A stretch of DNA of 64,000 bases from an uncultured Chloroflexia bacterium (GTDB lineage Bacteria > Chloroflexota > Limnocylindria > Limnocylindrales > CSP1-4): NCBI GenBank assembly GCA_963755285.1, contig CAVWJB010000001.1:167333-231332 (forward strand), written 5' to 3'. This document shows positions 38,134 to 47,720 of this stretch, one piece after another. Within the stretch, counting starts at the first letter, position 1, and each line of letters opens with the position of its first letter. The notes beneath the pieces were generated by a model. That model saw nothing but the letters and a program-made list of their open reading frames with translations, did no database searches and was not told where the DNA came from. Made by a program: the position numbers and the translations under genes.

Positions 38134-39834
38134 GTGTCCCCGACTGCCGATCCGACCCTCCGCGGTCAGCTCCGCCGAGCGATCGAGCGTGCCTGGGCGG
38201 CGGCGATCGCGACCGGGGCGCTGCCCTCGATCGGACCGGACGACGGCCCGCCGCAGGTCACCGTCGAGCGGCCGGCGAACCCCGATCACGGCGACGCGGC
38301 GACCAGCCTCGCCCTCAAGCTCGCCCGACCGTACCGCCGGCCGCCGCTCGACATCGCCCGGACGATCGCTGCCGAGCTCGCCCGGGAGGCGTCGGCCGAT
38401 CCCGCCTCGACGCCGGTCGGCTCGGTCGACGTTGCGCCCCCCGGCTTCATCAACGTTCGCTACTCGAACCAGGCCCTGGCCGCCACGGTCGGCTCGATCC
38501 TCGCCGAACCCGCCGAGTGGGGTCGGGTGCCCGCGAGCGCCCCGCGCGGGGTGAACGTCGAGTTCGTATCGGCGAACCCGACCGGTCCACTGACGATCGG
38601 CAACGCCCGCGGGGCGTTCGTCGGCGACCTCCTGTGCCGGGTGCTCGAGGCCGGCGGTCAACGGGTGACCCGCGAGTACTACTTCAACGACTCGGGGAGC
38701 CAGGTCCTCAAGCTGGGGGCGTCGGTCATCGCGACGAAGCGTGGCGAGCCGATCCCCGACGATGGCTACCACGGTGACTACGTGGCCGAGCTCGCGACGG
38801 CCGTTCCCGACGAGGTCTGGGCCGAGGCCGAGGCCGCCGACCCGGAGACGGCCAACGCGATCGTCGGCCGCTGGGCGTCCGAGCGCGTCCGGGCCGGGAT
38901 CGAGGAATCGCTCGCTCATCTCGGCGTTCAGTTCGACGTCTGGACGACCCAGCAGTCGCTCCACGACGACGGCTGGGTCGGGCAAGCGATCGAGCGTCTC
39001 CAGGCAGCGGGCTACATCTACGAGACGGACGGCGCGCTGTGGTTCCGGTCGACGGCCTTCGGCGATGACAAGGACCGGGTGGTCATCCGCTCGAACGGCG
39101 AGCCGACCTACTTCGCGTCGGATCTCGGCTACGTCGCCGAGAAGTTCAGCCGCGGCTTCGACGAGCTCATCTACATCTGGGGCCAGGATCACCACGGGAC
39201 GGTGGCCCGCGTGCGCAACGCGGCCGAGGCGATGGGCTACGACAAGTCCGCGGTCCGGATGCTCCTCGTCGCGTGGGTCCGGTTCGTCCGCGATGGCGAG
39301 GAGATCTCGATGAGCAAGCGAGCCGGGGCGTTCATCACGCTCGATGAGCTGCTGGCCGAGATCGGCGTCGACGCCGCCCGCTGGTTCTTCGCGTCGCGCG
39401 GCCCGAGCTCCGGGATCGACTTCGACATCGAGCTGGCCAAGAAGCAGTCGAACGAGAACCCCGTCTACTACGTCCAGTACGCCCACGCCCGGATCGCATC
39501 GATCCTGCGCAAGGCTGCCGAGACCGGCCTCGCCCCGGCCGACGGGGTCGCCCCGGACGACCTGGCAGGGGGGCCGGAGGCCGCGCTGGTCCGGGAGGTC
39601 GTGCGCCTGCCGGAGGTGGTCGAGGACGCCGCCGCGGCCGAGGAGGCGCAGGGCGTCACGGCCTACGCGACCGAGCTGGCCTCGACGTTCCACGCGTTCT
39701 ACCGCGACGCCAAGGTCGTCGACCCGGCGGACCCGGTCCGGTCGGCGGCCCGCCTGGCGCTCGTGTCGGCGGCGCGGACGACCCTGGCCAATGCCCTCGG
39801 GTTGCTGGGGATCTCGGCTCCCGAACAGATGTAG
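38134..39834 (+). CDS. argS: arginine--tRNA ligase
   Basis: VEFVSANPTGPLTIGNARG (HIGH-region analogue) plus the C-terminal anticodon-binding domain ..YVQYAHARI. AGGAG lies 7 nt before the GTG at 38134. An ATG at 38098 is also possible. Confidence 0.95.
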   Translation: MSPTADPTLRGQLRRAIERAWAAAIATGALPSIGPDDGPPQVTVERPANPDHGDAATSLALKLARPYRRPPLDIARTIAAELAREASADPASTPVGSVDVAPPGFINVRYSNQALAATVGSILAEPAEWGRVPASAPRGVNVEFVSANPTGPLTIGNARGAFVGDLLCRVLEAGGQRVTREYYFNDSGSQVLKLGASVIATKRGEPIPDDGYHGDYVAELATAVPDEVWAEAEAADPETANAIVGRWASERVRAGIEESLAHLGVQFDVWTTQQSLHDDGWVGQAIERLQAAGYIYETDGALWFRSTAFGDDKDRVVIRSNGEPTYFASDLGYVAEKFSRGFDELIYIWGQDHHGTVARVRNAAEAMGYDKSAVRMLLVAWVRFVRDGEEISMSKRAGAFITLDELLAEIGVDAARWFFASRGPSSGIDFDIELAKKQSNENPVYYVQYAHARIASILRKAAETGLAPADGVAPDDLAGGPEAALVREVVRLPEVVEDAAAAEEAQGVTAYATELASTFHAFYRDAKVVDPADPVRSAARLALVSAARTTLANALGLLGISAPEQM

Positions 39835-39837
39835 TCC

Positions 39838-39853
39838 GGCCCGGGGCCGGGCC
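39838..39853. terminator. short GC hairpin GGCCCGG-GG-CCGGGCC between convergent argS and the lipoprotein gene
   Basis: The palindrome was read directly. There is no clear U-tract, so this is a weak call. Confidence 0.25.
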
Positions 39854-39857
39854 GTGC

Positions 39858-41171
39858 TCAGCCGGCGAGACCGAGGGCACTCGCGAGGGCGCTGATCGTG
39901 GCGTCGTCGGTTGCAAGGAACAGCGTCACCCGGTCGGTCCCGTCGATCGCGATCAGCGCGTGGTGTCCGCCGATCGCGTCGAGCGTGGTCTGGGCGGCGG
40001 CGGCGAACTCGGCCGCCTCGGCCGGGCTGTCCCAGCGGGTGTCGATGACGGCGCCGGCCCGGTCCCCATTCGTGACCAGGGCGACGCGGTCCCCGCCCCA
40101 GCCCTGGGCGGCCGCCGTCGCCGTCGCCTGGGGAACCTTGCCGGCCGACTTGAGCCAGACGCCGAGCTGGAACTCGCCGAGCGTGTCCTCCATCCCGACC
40201 GACCAGCCGGCGCCGAGCCGCTTGGCGAGGTCCTTCGGGAACGCGACGGGGACCGGCGCCTCGCCGGCCGCGTACTTGTCGGCGTGGAGGACCTGCTCGG
40301 TCGACGCCGGCGGCTTGGCATACAGGGCGTCGACGCCCGACCAGCCGTTGGCCATCCGGGCATTGAGGACCATCTGGACACCCGACAGGTACGGGAACAT
40401 GAGGGTCTCCCTGAGGATGTCCGGCATCTCCGCGAGGATCTTCGTCTGCTCCGGATCGTTCGACGCCTGGAGCAGGCTCGACATCTCGGCCGGGGTCAGG
40501 TGAGCCTGGGCCCAGAGGGTCATGAGCAGCGAGGCATCGCCCTCGGCCACGGACAGGTGGGCGAGCGCGGCGTCGCCCTGACCGACCGACTCGAGGGCCA
40601 GGTTCTTCAGGCCGAAGTTCTGGTCCTGGAGCGCGTGGTCGTACTCGTGCGAGAAGATGAACTTCTCGATGGGACCGAGGCCGCCGGTCTTCGACACGAC
40701 GAAGAGCTGCTTCGCGTCCGGGTCGTAGTAGCCCGCGACCTGGCTGCCGAGCAGCTTCACGTAGAGGTCGGCGAGCGACGATCCGGGTGGCACGAGGCCC
40801 ATGAGCTCGAACAGGCGCTGGTTCGCGGCCACGAGCTCGGGCGGGTTGTCCTTCGCGAAGCTCGCGCTCATGTTCTTCTTGAGCGTCGCGTCATCGATCA
40901 GGGTCGGCTCGACGGGGGTCTTGGCCGTGAGCTCGCGGAGCTCCTGCACCTGCCGCTCGATCTCGGCATAGACCGTGGCTGGATCGGGCGTCGTCGTCGG
41001 AGCGAGGGACGGCGGCGAGCTCGCCGGACTGGCACTGGCCGGGCTCGTGGTGGTCGAGGTGCCGCAGGCGACCACGAGGAGCGGGACGGCGAAGAGGATC
41101 GCGACCATTCGGCCGCGGAGTCGTCGGGGATTCATCGCCCGGATTGTCACACGGGCCGGGCGAACGCCCAT
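39858..41171 (-). CDS. lipoprotein with HExxH motif (putative zinc metalloprotease)
   Basis: Lipobox LLVVAC follows MNPRRLRGRMVAILFAVP, then a Ser/Pro/Thr linker and FIFSHEYDHALQD. The start is ATG 41171 or ATG 41135. Confidence 0.8.
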   Translation of the reverse strand: MGVRPARVTIRAMNPRRLRGRMVAILFAVPLLVVACGTSTTTSPASASPASSPPSLAPTTTPDPATVYAEIERQVQELRELTAKTPVEPTLIDDATLKKNMSASFAKDNPPELVAANQRLFELMGLVPPGSSLADLYVKLLGSQVAGYYDPDAKQLFVVSKTGGLGPIEKFIFSHEYDHALQDQNFGLKNLALESVGQGDAALAHLSVAEGDASLLMTLWAQAHLTPAEMSSLLQASNDPEQTKILAEMPDILRETLMFPYLSGVQMVLNARMANGWSGVDALYAKPPASTEQVLHADKYAAGEAPVPVAFPKDLAKRLGAGWSVGMEDTLGEFQLGVWLKSAGKVPQATATAAAQGWGGDRVALVTNGDRAGAVIDTRWDSPAEAAEFAAAAQTTLDAIGGHHALIAIDGTDRVTLFLATDDATISALASALGLAG

Positions 41172-41315
41172 TCGGCGCGATGGTCCGTCGGGGGAGGGCC
41201 GAAGGTCCCGCCGACGGATGTTCCTTTCTTAATCCTCTGCCATCTCGCACCTGAATCAGGCTCGGACTACTGTCATCCACGGAACCCGTAAGAGAGTTCC
41301 ACTCCCTCCCTCCGA

Positions 41316-41360
41316 CCGGAGGCGCCGATTGGGCAGGCGCCTCCGGTCATCCTTCTGTTT
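41316..41360 (+). terminator. terminator/attenuator-like hairpin CCGGAGGCGCC-GATTGGGCA-GGCGCCTCCGG followed by TCATCCTTCTGTTT
   Basis: A perfect 11-bp stem (41316-41326 / 41336-41346) is followed by a T-rich tract on the plus strand only. It lies 77 nt upstream of the ATG at 41437. Confidence 0.4.
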
Positions 41361-41436
41361 GGGGCCCGATACCCGACCGGTCCGTCGGCCCCGGCGGTAA
41401 GGCGGCGGTGAGTCCGCTGTGTCAGAATCGCCGGGC

Positions 41437-42111
41437 ATGGAACTCAGCTGGTACGGGCGGACCTGCATCCGCCTCAAGGGCAGGGACGCGGTCGTCGTGG
41501 CGGACCCGTACCAGTCCATCGTCGGTCCGACCGGGCGCGGGATCACCGGCGAGATCGTGACCTTCAGCCACCCCGACGACAAGCCCCTGGCGAAGGCCAA
41601 GGGCAAGCGCTCGCGAGACGGCGGCAGCCTCATCCCGACCAGCCTCGAGGACGCGTTCGTCCTCGACGGTCCCGGCGAGTACGAGGTGCGCAACGTCCTG
41701 CTGACCGGGGTTCGGACCTACCGGGACGACAGCCGCGGCGCGGGCCGTGGCCGGCAGACGGCCTTCGTCGTCGAGCTCGACCAGATGCACACGATCCATC
41801 TCGGCGACATCGGCCACCTGCTGACCGAGGAGAAGCTCGGCGACATCGGGCCGGTCGACATCGCCTGCGTCCCGATCGGCGGCGAGCTCAGCGCCACGAA
41901 GGCCGCCGAGCTGATCGCCCAGCTCGACCCCAAGATCGTGGTCCCGATGCCGGTCTGCGAGGAGGAGTCGGACTGTGCCGACGCATTGGGCCGCTTCCTC
42001 CACGAGATGGGGACGACCCCACCGCCGCCGCAACCGCGCCTGAACGTCACGATCTCGGGCCTCCCCGACGAGACGACGACCGTCCTCCTCGAGGCGCGCG
42101 GCAAGGTCTGA
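41437..42111 (+). CDS. MBL-fold (Lactamase_B_3 / UPF0173-like) protein with degenerate metal motif
   Basis: MELSWYGRTCIRLKGRDAVVVADPY..VTFSHPDDKP..IHLGDIGH..ACVPIGG. Confidence 0.7.
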   Translation: MELSWYGRTCIRLKGRDAVVVADPYQSIVGPTGRGITGEIVTFSHPDDKPLAKAKGKRSRDGGSLIPTSLEDAFVLDGPGEYEVRNVLLTGVRTYRDDSRGAGRGRQTAFVVELDQMHTIHLGDIGHLLTEEKLGDIGPVDIACVPIGGELSATKAAELIAQLDPKIVVPMPVCEEESDCADALGRFLHEMGTTPPPPQPRLNVTISGLPDETTTVLLEARGKV

Positions 42112-42121
42112 CCCGGCTCGG

Positions 42122-43486
42122 CTACTCGCGCTGGAGGACCGGCCGGCCGCGCTTGATCACCACCTTGACGAGGTCGGCGGCCGGCCAGTACGGGATCTGG
42201 TCGGCGGTCGGGACGCCCCACACGACGAGGTCGGCCTGCTTGTCGAGCTCGATCGAGCCGACGACGTCGCCGATCCCGAGGGCATGGGCGGCGTTGATCG
42301 TCGTCGCGCTGAGGGCCTCGGCCGGGGTCAGCCCGAGCGACAGGCAGGCGATCGTCATCGCCAGCGGCAGGCTGGCCGTCGGCGACGTGCCCGGGTTGAA
42401 GTCCGTCCCGAGGGCGATCGGGACGCCCCGCTCGATGAACGTTCGAGCCGGAGCCCCAGTCGGCTTCATGAGGAACCAGGTCGTCGCCGGCAGGAGGACC
42501 GCGACGACCGGCCGCCCGGACTCCCCGGCCTCGGCCAGGGCGTCGATCCCGGCCGGCGAGGGTGCCGCCAGGTGGTCGGCGGACAGGGCACCGAGCTCGG
42601 CGGCGAGCTCGGCGCCACCGGACGGGGCGAGCTCGTCGGCGTGCAACCGGGGACGCATGCCGTAGGCCTCGGCGGCCGTCAGGACGCGCCGGCTCTGGTC
42701 GGCGCTGAACACCCCCTCCTCGCAGAACACGTCGGCGAACCGGGCGCGGCCCTGGGCCACCACGCCGGGCAGCTGCTCGTCGAGAAGGTGCCGGACGTAG
42801 GCCTCAGTCGGGTCTCGCCGGGCGCGGAACTCGGGCGGCACGGCGTGCGCCCCGAGCCACGTCGGCAGCACGTCGATAGGGCCCTCCTGGCCGAGCTGAT
42901 GGGCGACCTCCAGGAGACGCAGCTCGGTCCGCAGGTCGAGCCCGTAGCCCGACTTCGCCTCGATCGTCGTCACGCCGTGACGGAGCATCTCGTCGAGCCA
43001 GCGGCGACCGTGCGCCAGGAGGTCCTCCGGGGAGGCGGCCCTGGTCGCCGCCACGGTTGCCAGGATCCCTCCGCCCGCCGCCAGGATCTCGAGGTAGCCG
43101 GCTCCACGCTGGCGGAGCTCCAGCTCGCCCTCGCGCGAGCCCGCGAACAGCAGGTGGGTGTGGGGGTCGACCAGACCGGGGGTCACGATCCCGCCGGCCG
43201 CATCGATCCGCGCGAACCGGGACAGCGGCAGGCCGGCCGCCTCGAGTGCCGCGGACACCTCCTCGTGCGGTCCGACCGCGGCGATCCGGTCACCCCAGGT
43301 GGCGACGACCGGGGCAGCTGGGGCGTCGATGCCCCCGGCCGCCGCGGCGTCGAGGGTCGCGGTGTCGGCCTGACCGGCTCCCCGCCGGAGTCCACCGGCC
43401 ATCGTCACGACGGCACTCGCCCGGAGGATCAGCAGCCCGGCGGCCGAGCCGTCGGTCCTGCCGCCCTCGATGAGCCGCAGGCTCAC
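42122..43486 (-). CDS. hutI: imidazolonepropionase
   Basis: Amidohydrolase fold: GLVDPHTHLLFAGSR..YLEILAAGGGI..HADEL..DH..GTDFNPG. Confidence 0.93.
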   Translation of the reverse strand: MSLRLIEGGRTDGSAAGLLILRASAVVTMAGGLRRGAGQADTATLDAAAAGGIDAPAAPVVATWGDRIAAVGPHEEVSAALEAAGLPLSRFARIDAAGGIVTPGLVDPHTHLLFAGSREGELELRQRGAGYLEILAAGGGILATVAATRAASPEDLLAHGRRWLDEMLRHGVTTIEAKSGYGLDLRTELRLLEVAHQLGQEGPIDVLPTWLGAHAVPPEFRARRDPTEAYVRHLLDEQLPGVVAQGRARFADVFCEEGVFSADQSRRVLTAAEAYGMRPRLHADELAPSGGAELAAELGALSADHLAAPSPAGIDALAEAGESGRPVVAVLLPATTWFLMKPTGAPARTFIERGVPIALGTDFNPGTSPTASLPLAMTIACLSLGLTPAEALSATTINAAHALGIGDVVGSIELDKQADLVVWGVPTADQIPYWPAADLVKVVIKRGRPVLQRE

Positions 43487-44529
43487 GGCGGCGACCCCTG
43501 GGCCGCGGCAAGCCGCAGCTCGAGCGCCTGGAGCGGGCTGAAGTCGCGCAGCCGCAGGTACGCTCCGGCGGCCGCCAGCCGGGTCTCGACCGGCAGCTCG
43601 TTCGGAGCGCCGGCTCGATCCGCGACGGCGAGGAGCGCCGCCAGCGGAGCCAGGCCGATGAGCTCGGATTCGGCGGGTTCCACGCCGGCCGCCCGGGCCT
43701 CGGCACCGACTGCGTCCCAGACCCGCCAGAGCGGCGTGATCTCGAAGTCGAGCAGGTTCATCGAGACCTGGACGCAGGGCGGGTCGTCGAGCCGGAAGCC
43801 GTTGGCCTGGACCTTCGGCAGACCGCCCCCGGACTCGCGGATCGTCCGGGCGATCCGCCGGGCCAGCTCGAGGTCGGTCGAGGCGAGGTTGACGTTGTAG
43901 GCGATGAGGAACGGGCGGGCGCCGACCGCCATCGCCCCGGCGGTCGGATGGGTCCGAGCCGGGCCGAAGTCCGGCTCGCGCTCGGGATCGCTGCCGATGG
44001 CGGCCTTGAGCCCCTCGTACTGGCCGCGCCGGACGTCGGCCAGCTTCTCGCGGTCGGGCCGAGTGGCCGCCCGGGCGTAGAGGTAGACCGGGATCCCGAA
44101 CCGTTCGGCAACCCGGGCGCCGAAGGCCCGGGCCAGCGCGACGCAGTCGTCCATCGAGGTGACGCCGAGGGGGATGAACGGGACGACGTCGACCGCGCCG
44201 ATCCGGGGGTGCTCACCGGATTGACGCTCCATGTCGATCGTCTCGATGGCGACCGCCACCGTCGCCTCGAGGGCTTCGGTGACCGCCTCGGCCGGGCCGG
44301 CGAGGGTCAGGACCGACCGGTTGTGGCTGGCGTCGCTCGTCCGGTCGAGGAGGTGCACCTCGGGGGTCCCGGCGACCGCACCGGCGAGCCGGTCGACGAC
44401 ATCCAGGCGTCGGCCTTCGCTGTAGTTCGGGACGGATTCGACGAGCCTCGCCACGCCGCCAATCGTGACAGGTCGGACGAGCCGGGACGGGTCCGGGACG
44501 CCCACGGAAGGCTCGAGTGAGCCCACCAT
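43483..44529 (-). CDS. glutamate formimidoyltransferase (FtcD N-terminal-type, stand-alone)
   Basis: VESVPNYSEGRRLDVVD..HLLDRTSDASHNRSVLTLAG..HPRIGAVDVVPFIP. ATGA overlap with hutI. Confidence 0.9.
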   Translation of the reverse strand: MVGSLEPSVGVPDPSRLVRPVTIGGVARLVESVPNYSEGRRLDVVDRLAGAVAGTPEVHLLDRTSDASHNRSVLTLAGPAEAVTEALEATVAVAIETIDMERQSGEHPRIGAVDVVPFIPLGVTSMDDCVALARAFGARVAERFGIPVYLYARAATRPDREKLADVRRGQYEGLKAAIGSDPEREPDFGPARTHPTAGAMAVGARPFLIAYNVNLASTDLELARRIARTIRESGGGLPKVQANGFRLDDPPCVQVSMNLLDFEITPLWRVWDAVGAEARAAGVEPAESELIGLAPLAALLAVADRAGAPNELPVETRLAAAGAYLRLRDFSPLQALELRLAAAQGSPP

Positions 44530-44552
44530 CGGGTGCCCGCCACGGGCGCTCG

Positions 44553-44591
44553 TAGACTCGATGGGCTAACGATGTTAGACGATAGACTAAC
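44553..44591. promoter_or_regulatory. AT-richer operator/promoter candidate: TAGAC x3 and CTAAC-GAT-GTTAG-N8-CTAAC inverted repeats
   Basis: Read in the 91-bp divergent region between the formimidoyltransferase-hutI operon and the MFS gene. TAGACT at 44583-44588 is a possible -10 element. Confidence 0.3.
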
Positions 44592-44620
44592 AAGGCCCGA
44601 CGGCCGCCAGCGAGGTCCCG

Positions 44621-45955
44621 TTGACCGCTCCCCGCCAGAACCTGCTCCGTCGCTCGTCCGACTACCGCAAGCTGTGGACCGCTGCGACGATCTCGCTGTT
44701 CGGGACGCAGGTCAGCCTGATCGCGATCCCGGTCGTCGCGATCTTCCTGCTCCACGCGCAGGCCTACCAGGTCGCCCTGCTCGGGACGGTCGAGTTCCTG
44801 CCGTTCCTGCTCTTCACGCTGCCCGCCGGAGCCTGGGTCGACCGGCTGCCGCGGCGGCTCATCCTCGTCGCCGGCGACCTCGGCCGGGCCCTGTCGCTGG
44901 CCTCGATCCCGATTGCCTGGGAGCTCGGCGCGCTGACGATCTGGCAGCTCTACCTCGTCGGCTTCATCAACGGCACCCTGACCGTGTTCTTCGACGTCGC
45001 CGACCAGTCGTTCCTCCCGGCGATCCTCGAGCCGGACGACCTCGTCGAAGGCAACTCACAGCTCCAGGTCAGCGCCTCGGCCGCCCAGGTTCTCGGCCAG
45101 CCGCTCGGCGGCGGCATCGTCGGCCTGTTCGGCGCGCCGTTGGCGGTGATCGCCGATGCGATCAGCTTCGTCGCCTCGGGCGGGCTCATCTTCTGGATCC
45201 GCAAGCGCGAGCCGAAGCGGGCCGAGGCGGCGCCCGCCGGCGGGTTCCTCGCGCCGGTCGCCGGCCTGCGCGGCGAGATCGCGGAGGGGCTCCGCTATGT
45301 CACCGGCCACCCCTACCTCCGCTACATCGCCGCCTCCACCGGCCTGTCGAACCTGTTCTCGAACATGGCATTCGCCACGCTGGCCGTGTTCGTCTACACC
45401 GATCTCGGGCTGACCCCGTTCCAGTTCGGGCTCATCGGCGGGATCGGCAGCATCGGGGTTCTGGCCGGGGCCGTGGTCGCCGGCCGGATCGCCGCGCGGA
45501 TCGGGGTGGGCCGGACGATCCTCTGGTCGATCGCCATCTCCGGCCCGCCGACGCTGCTCGCCGCGGTCGCCCAGCCGGCGACGGCGATCCCGGTCCTGAC
45601 CGCCTCGTTCTTCCTGGGCGGCTTCGCCGGGGTCGTCTACAACATCAACCAGGTGAGCCTGCGCCAGGCGATCACCCCGGAGCGGATCCAGGGCCGGATG
45701 AACGCCACGATGCGCTTCCTCGTGTGGGGAACGATCCCGATCGGCCAGATCATCGGCGGGATCGTGGCGACCGCGATCGGCGCTCGCGGGGCGGTCGTCG
45801 TCGGTGGCATCCTCGGCTGCTTCGCGTTCGTGCCGATCCTGTTCTCGTCGGTCCGGACCCTCGAACGGATCCCGACCCAGGCGGAGATCGCCACCGACAC
45901 CGAGCTGCTCGACGCGGACGCCGGGATGACGAGCCCGGGATCGTCGCTCGACTGA
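44621..45955 (+). CDS. MFS transporter
   Basis: TTG start with GAGG upstream. There are 12 hydrophobic helices and a DRLPRR loop motif. Confidence 0.9.
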   Translation: MTAPRQNLLRRSSDYRKLWTAATISLFGTQVSLIAIPVVAIFLLHAQAYQVALLGTVEFLPFLLFTLPAGAWVDRLPRRLILVAGDLGRALSLASIPIAWELGALTIWQLYLVGFINGTLTVFFDVADQSFLPAILEPDDLVEGNSQLQVSASAAQVLGQPLGGGIVGLFGAPLAVIADAISFVASGGLIFWIRKREPKRAEAAPAGGFLAPVAGLRGEIAEGLRYVTGHPYLRYIAASTGLSNLFSNMAFATLAVFVYTDLGLTPFQFGLIGGIGSIGVLAGAVVAGRIAARIGVGRTILWSIAISGPPTLLAAVAQPATAIPVLTASFFLGGFAGVVYNINQVSLRQAITPERIQGRMNATMRFLVWGTIPIGQIIGGIVATAIGARGAVVVGGILGCFAFVPILFSSVRTLERIPTQAEIATDTELLDADAGMTSPGSSLD

Positions 45956-45983
45956 CCGCCGCCAGCGGAGCGAGGTCGCCCGA

Positions 45984-47670
45984 TCAGCTTCCGCCGTCGA
46001 GCATCGGGATGTGGACCCCGCGCTCCCGGGCGACCTCGATCGCCCGCTCGTAGCCGGCATCGGCGTGGCGCATGACGCCGGTCCCGGGATCGGTGGTCAG
46101 GACCCGCTCGAGCTTCTCGGCCGCGAGCGCCGAGCCGTCGGCCACGACCACCATCCCGGCGTGCTGGCTGTAGCCGATGCCGACTCCGCCACCCTGGTGG
46201 ACGCTGACCCACGAGGCGCCGGCGGCCGTGTTGACCAGACGCGTTGAGGATCGGCCAGTCGGCGACCGCGTCGCTGCCGTCGCGCATCGCCTCCGTTTCG
46301 CGGTTCGGCGAGGCGACGGAGCCCGAGTCGAGGTGGTCGCGGCCGATGACGATCGGCGCCTTGAGCTCGCCGGCCGCGACGAGTCGATTGAACTCGAGAC
46401 CGGCGCGGGCGCGTTCGCCGTAGCCGAGCCAGCAGATCCGGGCCGGCAACCCCTGGAACGGGACCCGCTCGCGGGCCATCGCGAGCCAGTGGTGGAGCCC
46501 TTCCTTGTCCGGGAACAGCTCGACCAGGGCGCGATCGGTCCGATAGATGTCCTCGGGGTCCCCGCTGAGCGCCACCCAGCGAAACGGGCCGCTGCCCTCG
46601 GCGAACAGCGGACGGATGAAGGCCGGGACGAACCCCGGATAGGAGAAGGCGTCCTCGACACCGGCTTCCCTGGCCATCGCCCGGAGGTTGTTGCCGTAGT
46701 CGAAGACGATCGCTCCGGTCCACTGGAACTCGAGCATCGCTCGGACCTGGGCCGCCATCGAGTGCATCGCCCGTTCGACGTAGACCACGGGCTGGGCCGA
46801 CCGGAGCACGAGCGCATCGTCCAGGCTGATCTCGGCCGGGACGTACCCGCCGAGCGCGTCGTGGGCGCTGGTCTGGTCGGTGACGATGTCGAACCGCTCG
46901 CCGGCCTTCGCCCAGGCCGGCTCGATCTCGGCCGCGTTCCCGATCAGGGCGATCGACAGCGGCACGCGCTCGGCGGTCGCGGCGCGGGCCCATGCCAGCG
47001 CTTCCTGCGGGTCCTCGGTGAGCCGATCGACATAGCCGATCTCGTGACGACGGCGCGCGCGGGCCGGGTCCACCTCGATGCAGATTGCCACCCCATCGTT
47101 CATCGTCACGGCCAGCGGCTGGGCCCCGCCCATCCCGCCGAGCCCGGCCGTCACGGTGAGCGTGCCGCGCAGCGAGCCGCCGAAGTGCTGGCGCGCGAGC
47201 TCGGCGAAGGTCTCGTACGTCCCCTGGAGGATCCCCTGGGTCCCGATGTAGATCCAGGACCCGGCGGTCATCTGGCCGTACATCATCAGCCCGGCCGCCT
47301 CGAGCTCGCGGAAGACCTCCCAGGTCGCCCACCTCGGGACGAGGTTGGAGTTGGCAATGAGCACCCGGGGCGCCCAGACGTGGGTCCGGAACACGCCGAC
47401 CGGCTTGCCGCTCTGGACGAGCAGCGTCTCGTCGTCGGCCAGGCTGCGCAGCTCGCGGACGATGGCGTCGAACGCGGCCCACGACCGGGCGGCTCGACCG
47501 GTCCCGCCGTAGACGACGAGGGCATCGGGGTTCTCGGCGACGTCCGGGTCGAGGTTGTTCATGAGCATCCGGAGGGCGGCCTCCTGGGCCCAGCCGCGAC
47601 ACGACAGGTCGCTGCCCCGGGGAGCGCGGACGATCCTGGCGCCGGGCAGGGCGCCGGGCTGGGCGGTCAT
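45984..47670 (-). CDS. hutU: urocanate hydratase, frameshifted as assembled (~46239)
   Basis: About 475 aa of HutU read in ORF 45637..47670 up to ..[11 protein letters not shown]. The remainder [44 protein letters not shown] is in ORF 45984..46817. Confidence 0.9.
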
Positions 47671-47720
47671 CGCCCGAGTCTACGCCGGTCGCCGACCGTC
47701 TCGGGTACGCTCCCCGGACG

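Noticed and set aside
37291-39693. 800-aa minus-strand ORF
   Set aside because: It is antisense to argS and the MBL gene, has no recognisable domains, and has shadow-frame composition.
41316-41346. The GAUUGGGCA loop of the 11-bp hairpin resembles the ZTP UGGGCA element
   Set aside because: There is no upstream GACUGGCG-type subdomain, and the downstream gene is not a purine or folate gene. I treat it as a generic terminator-like hairpin.
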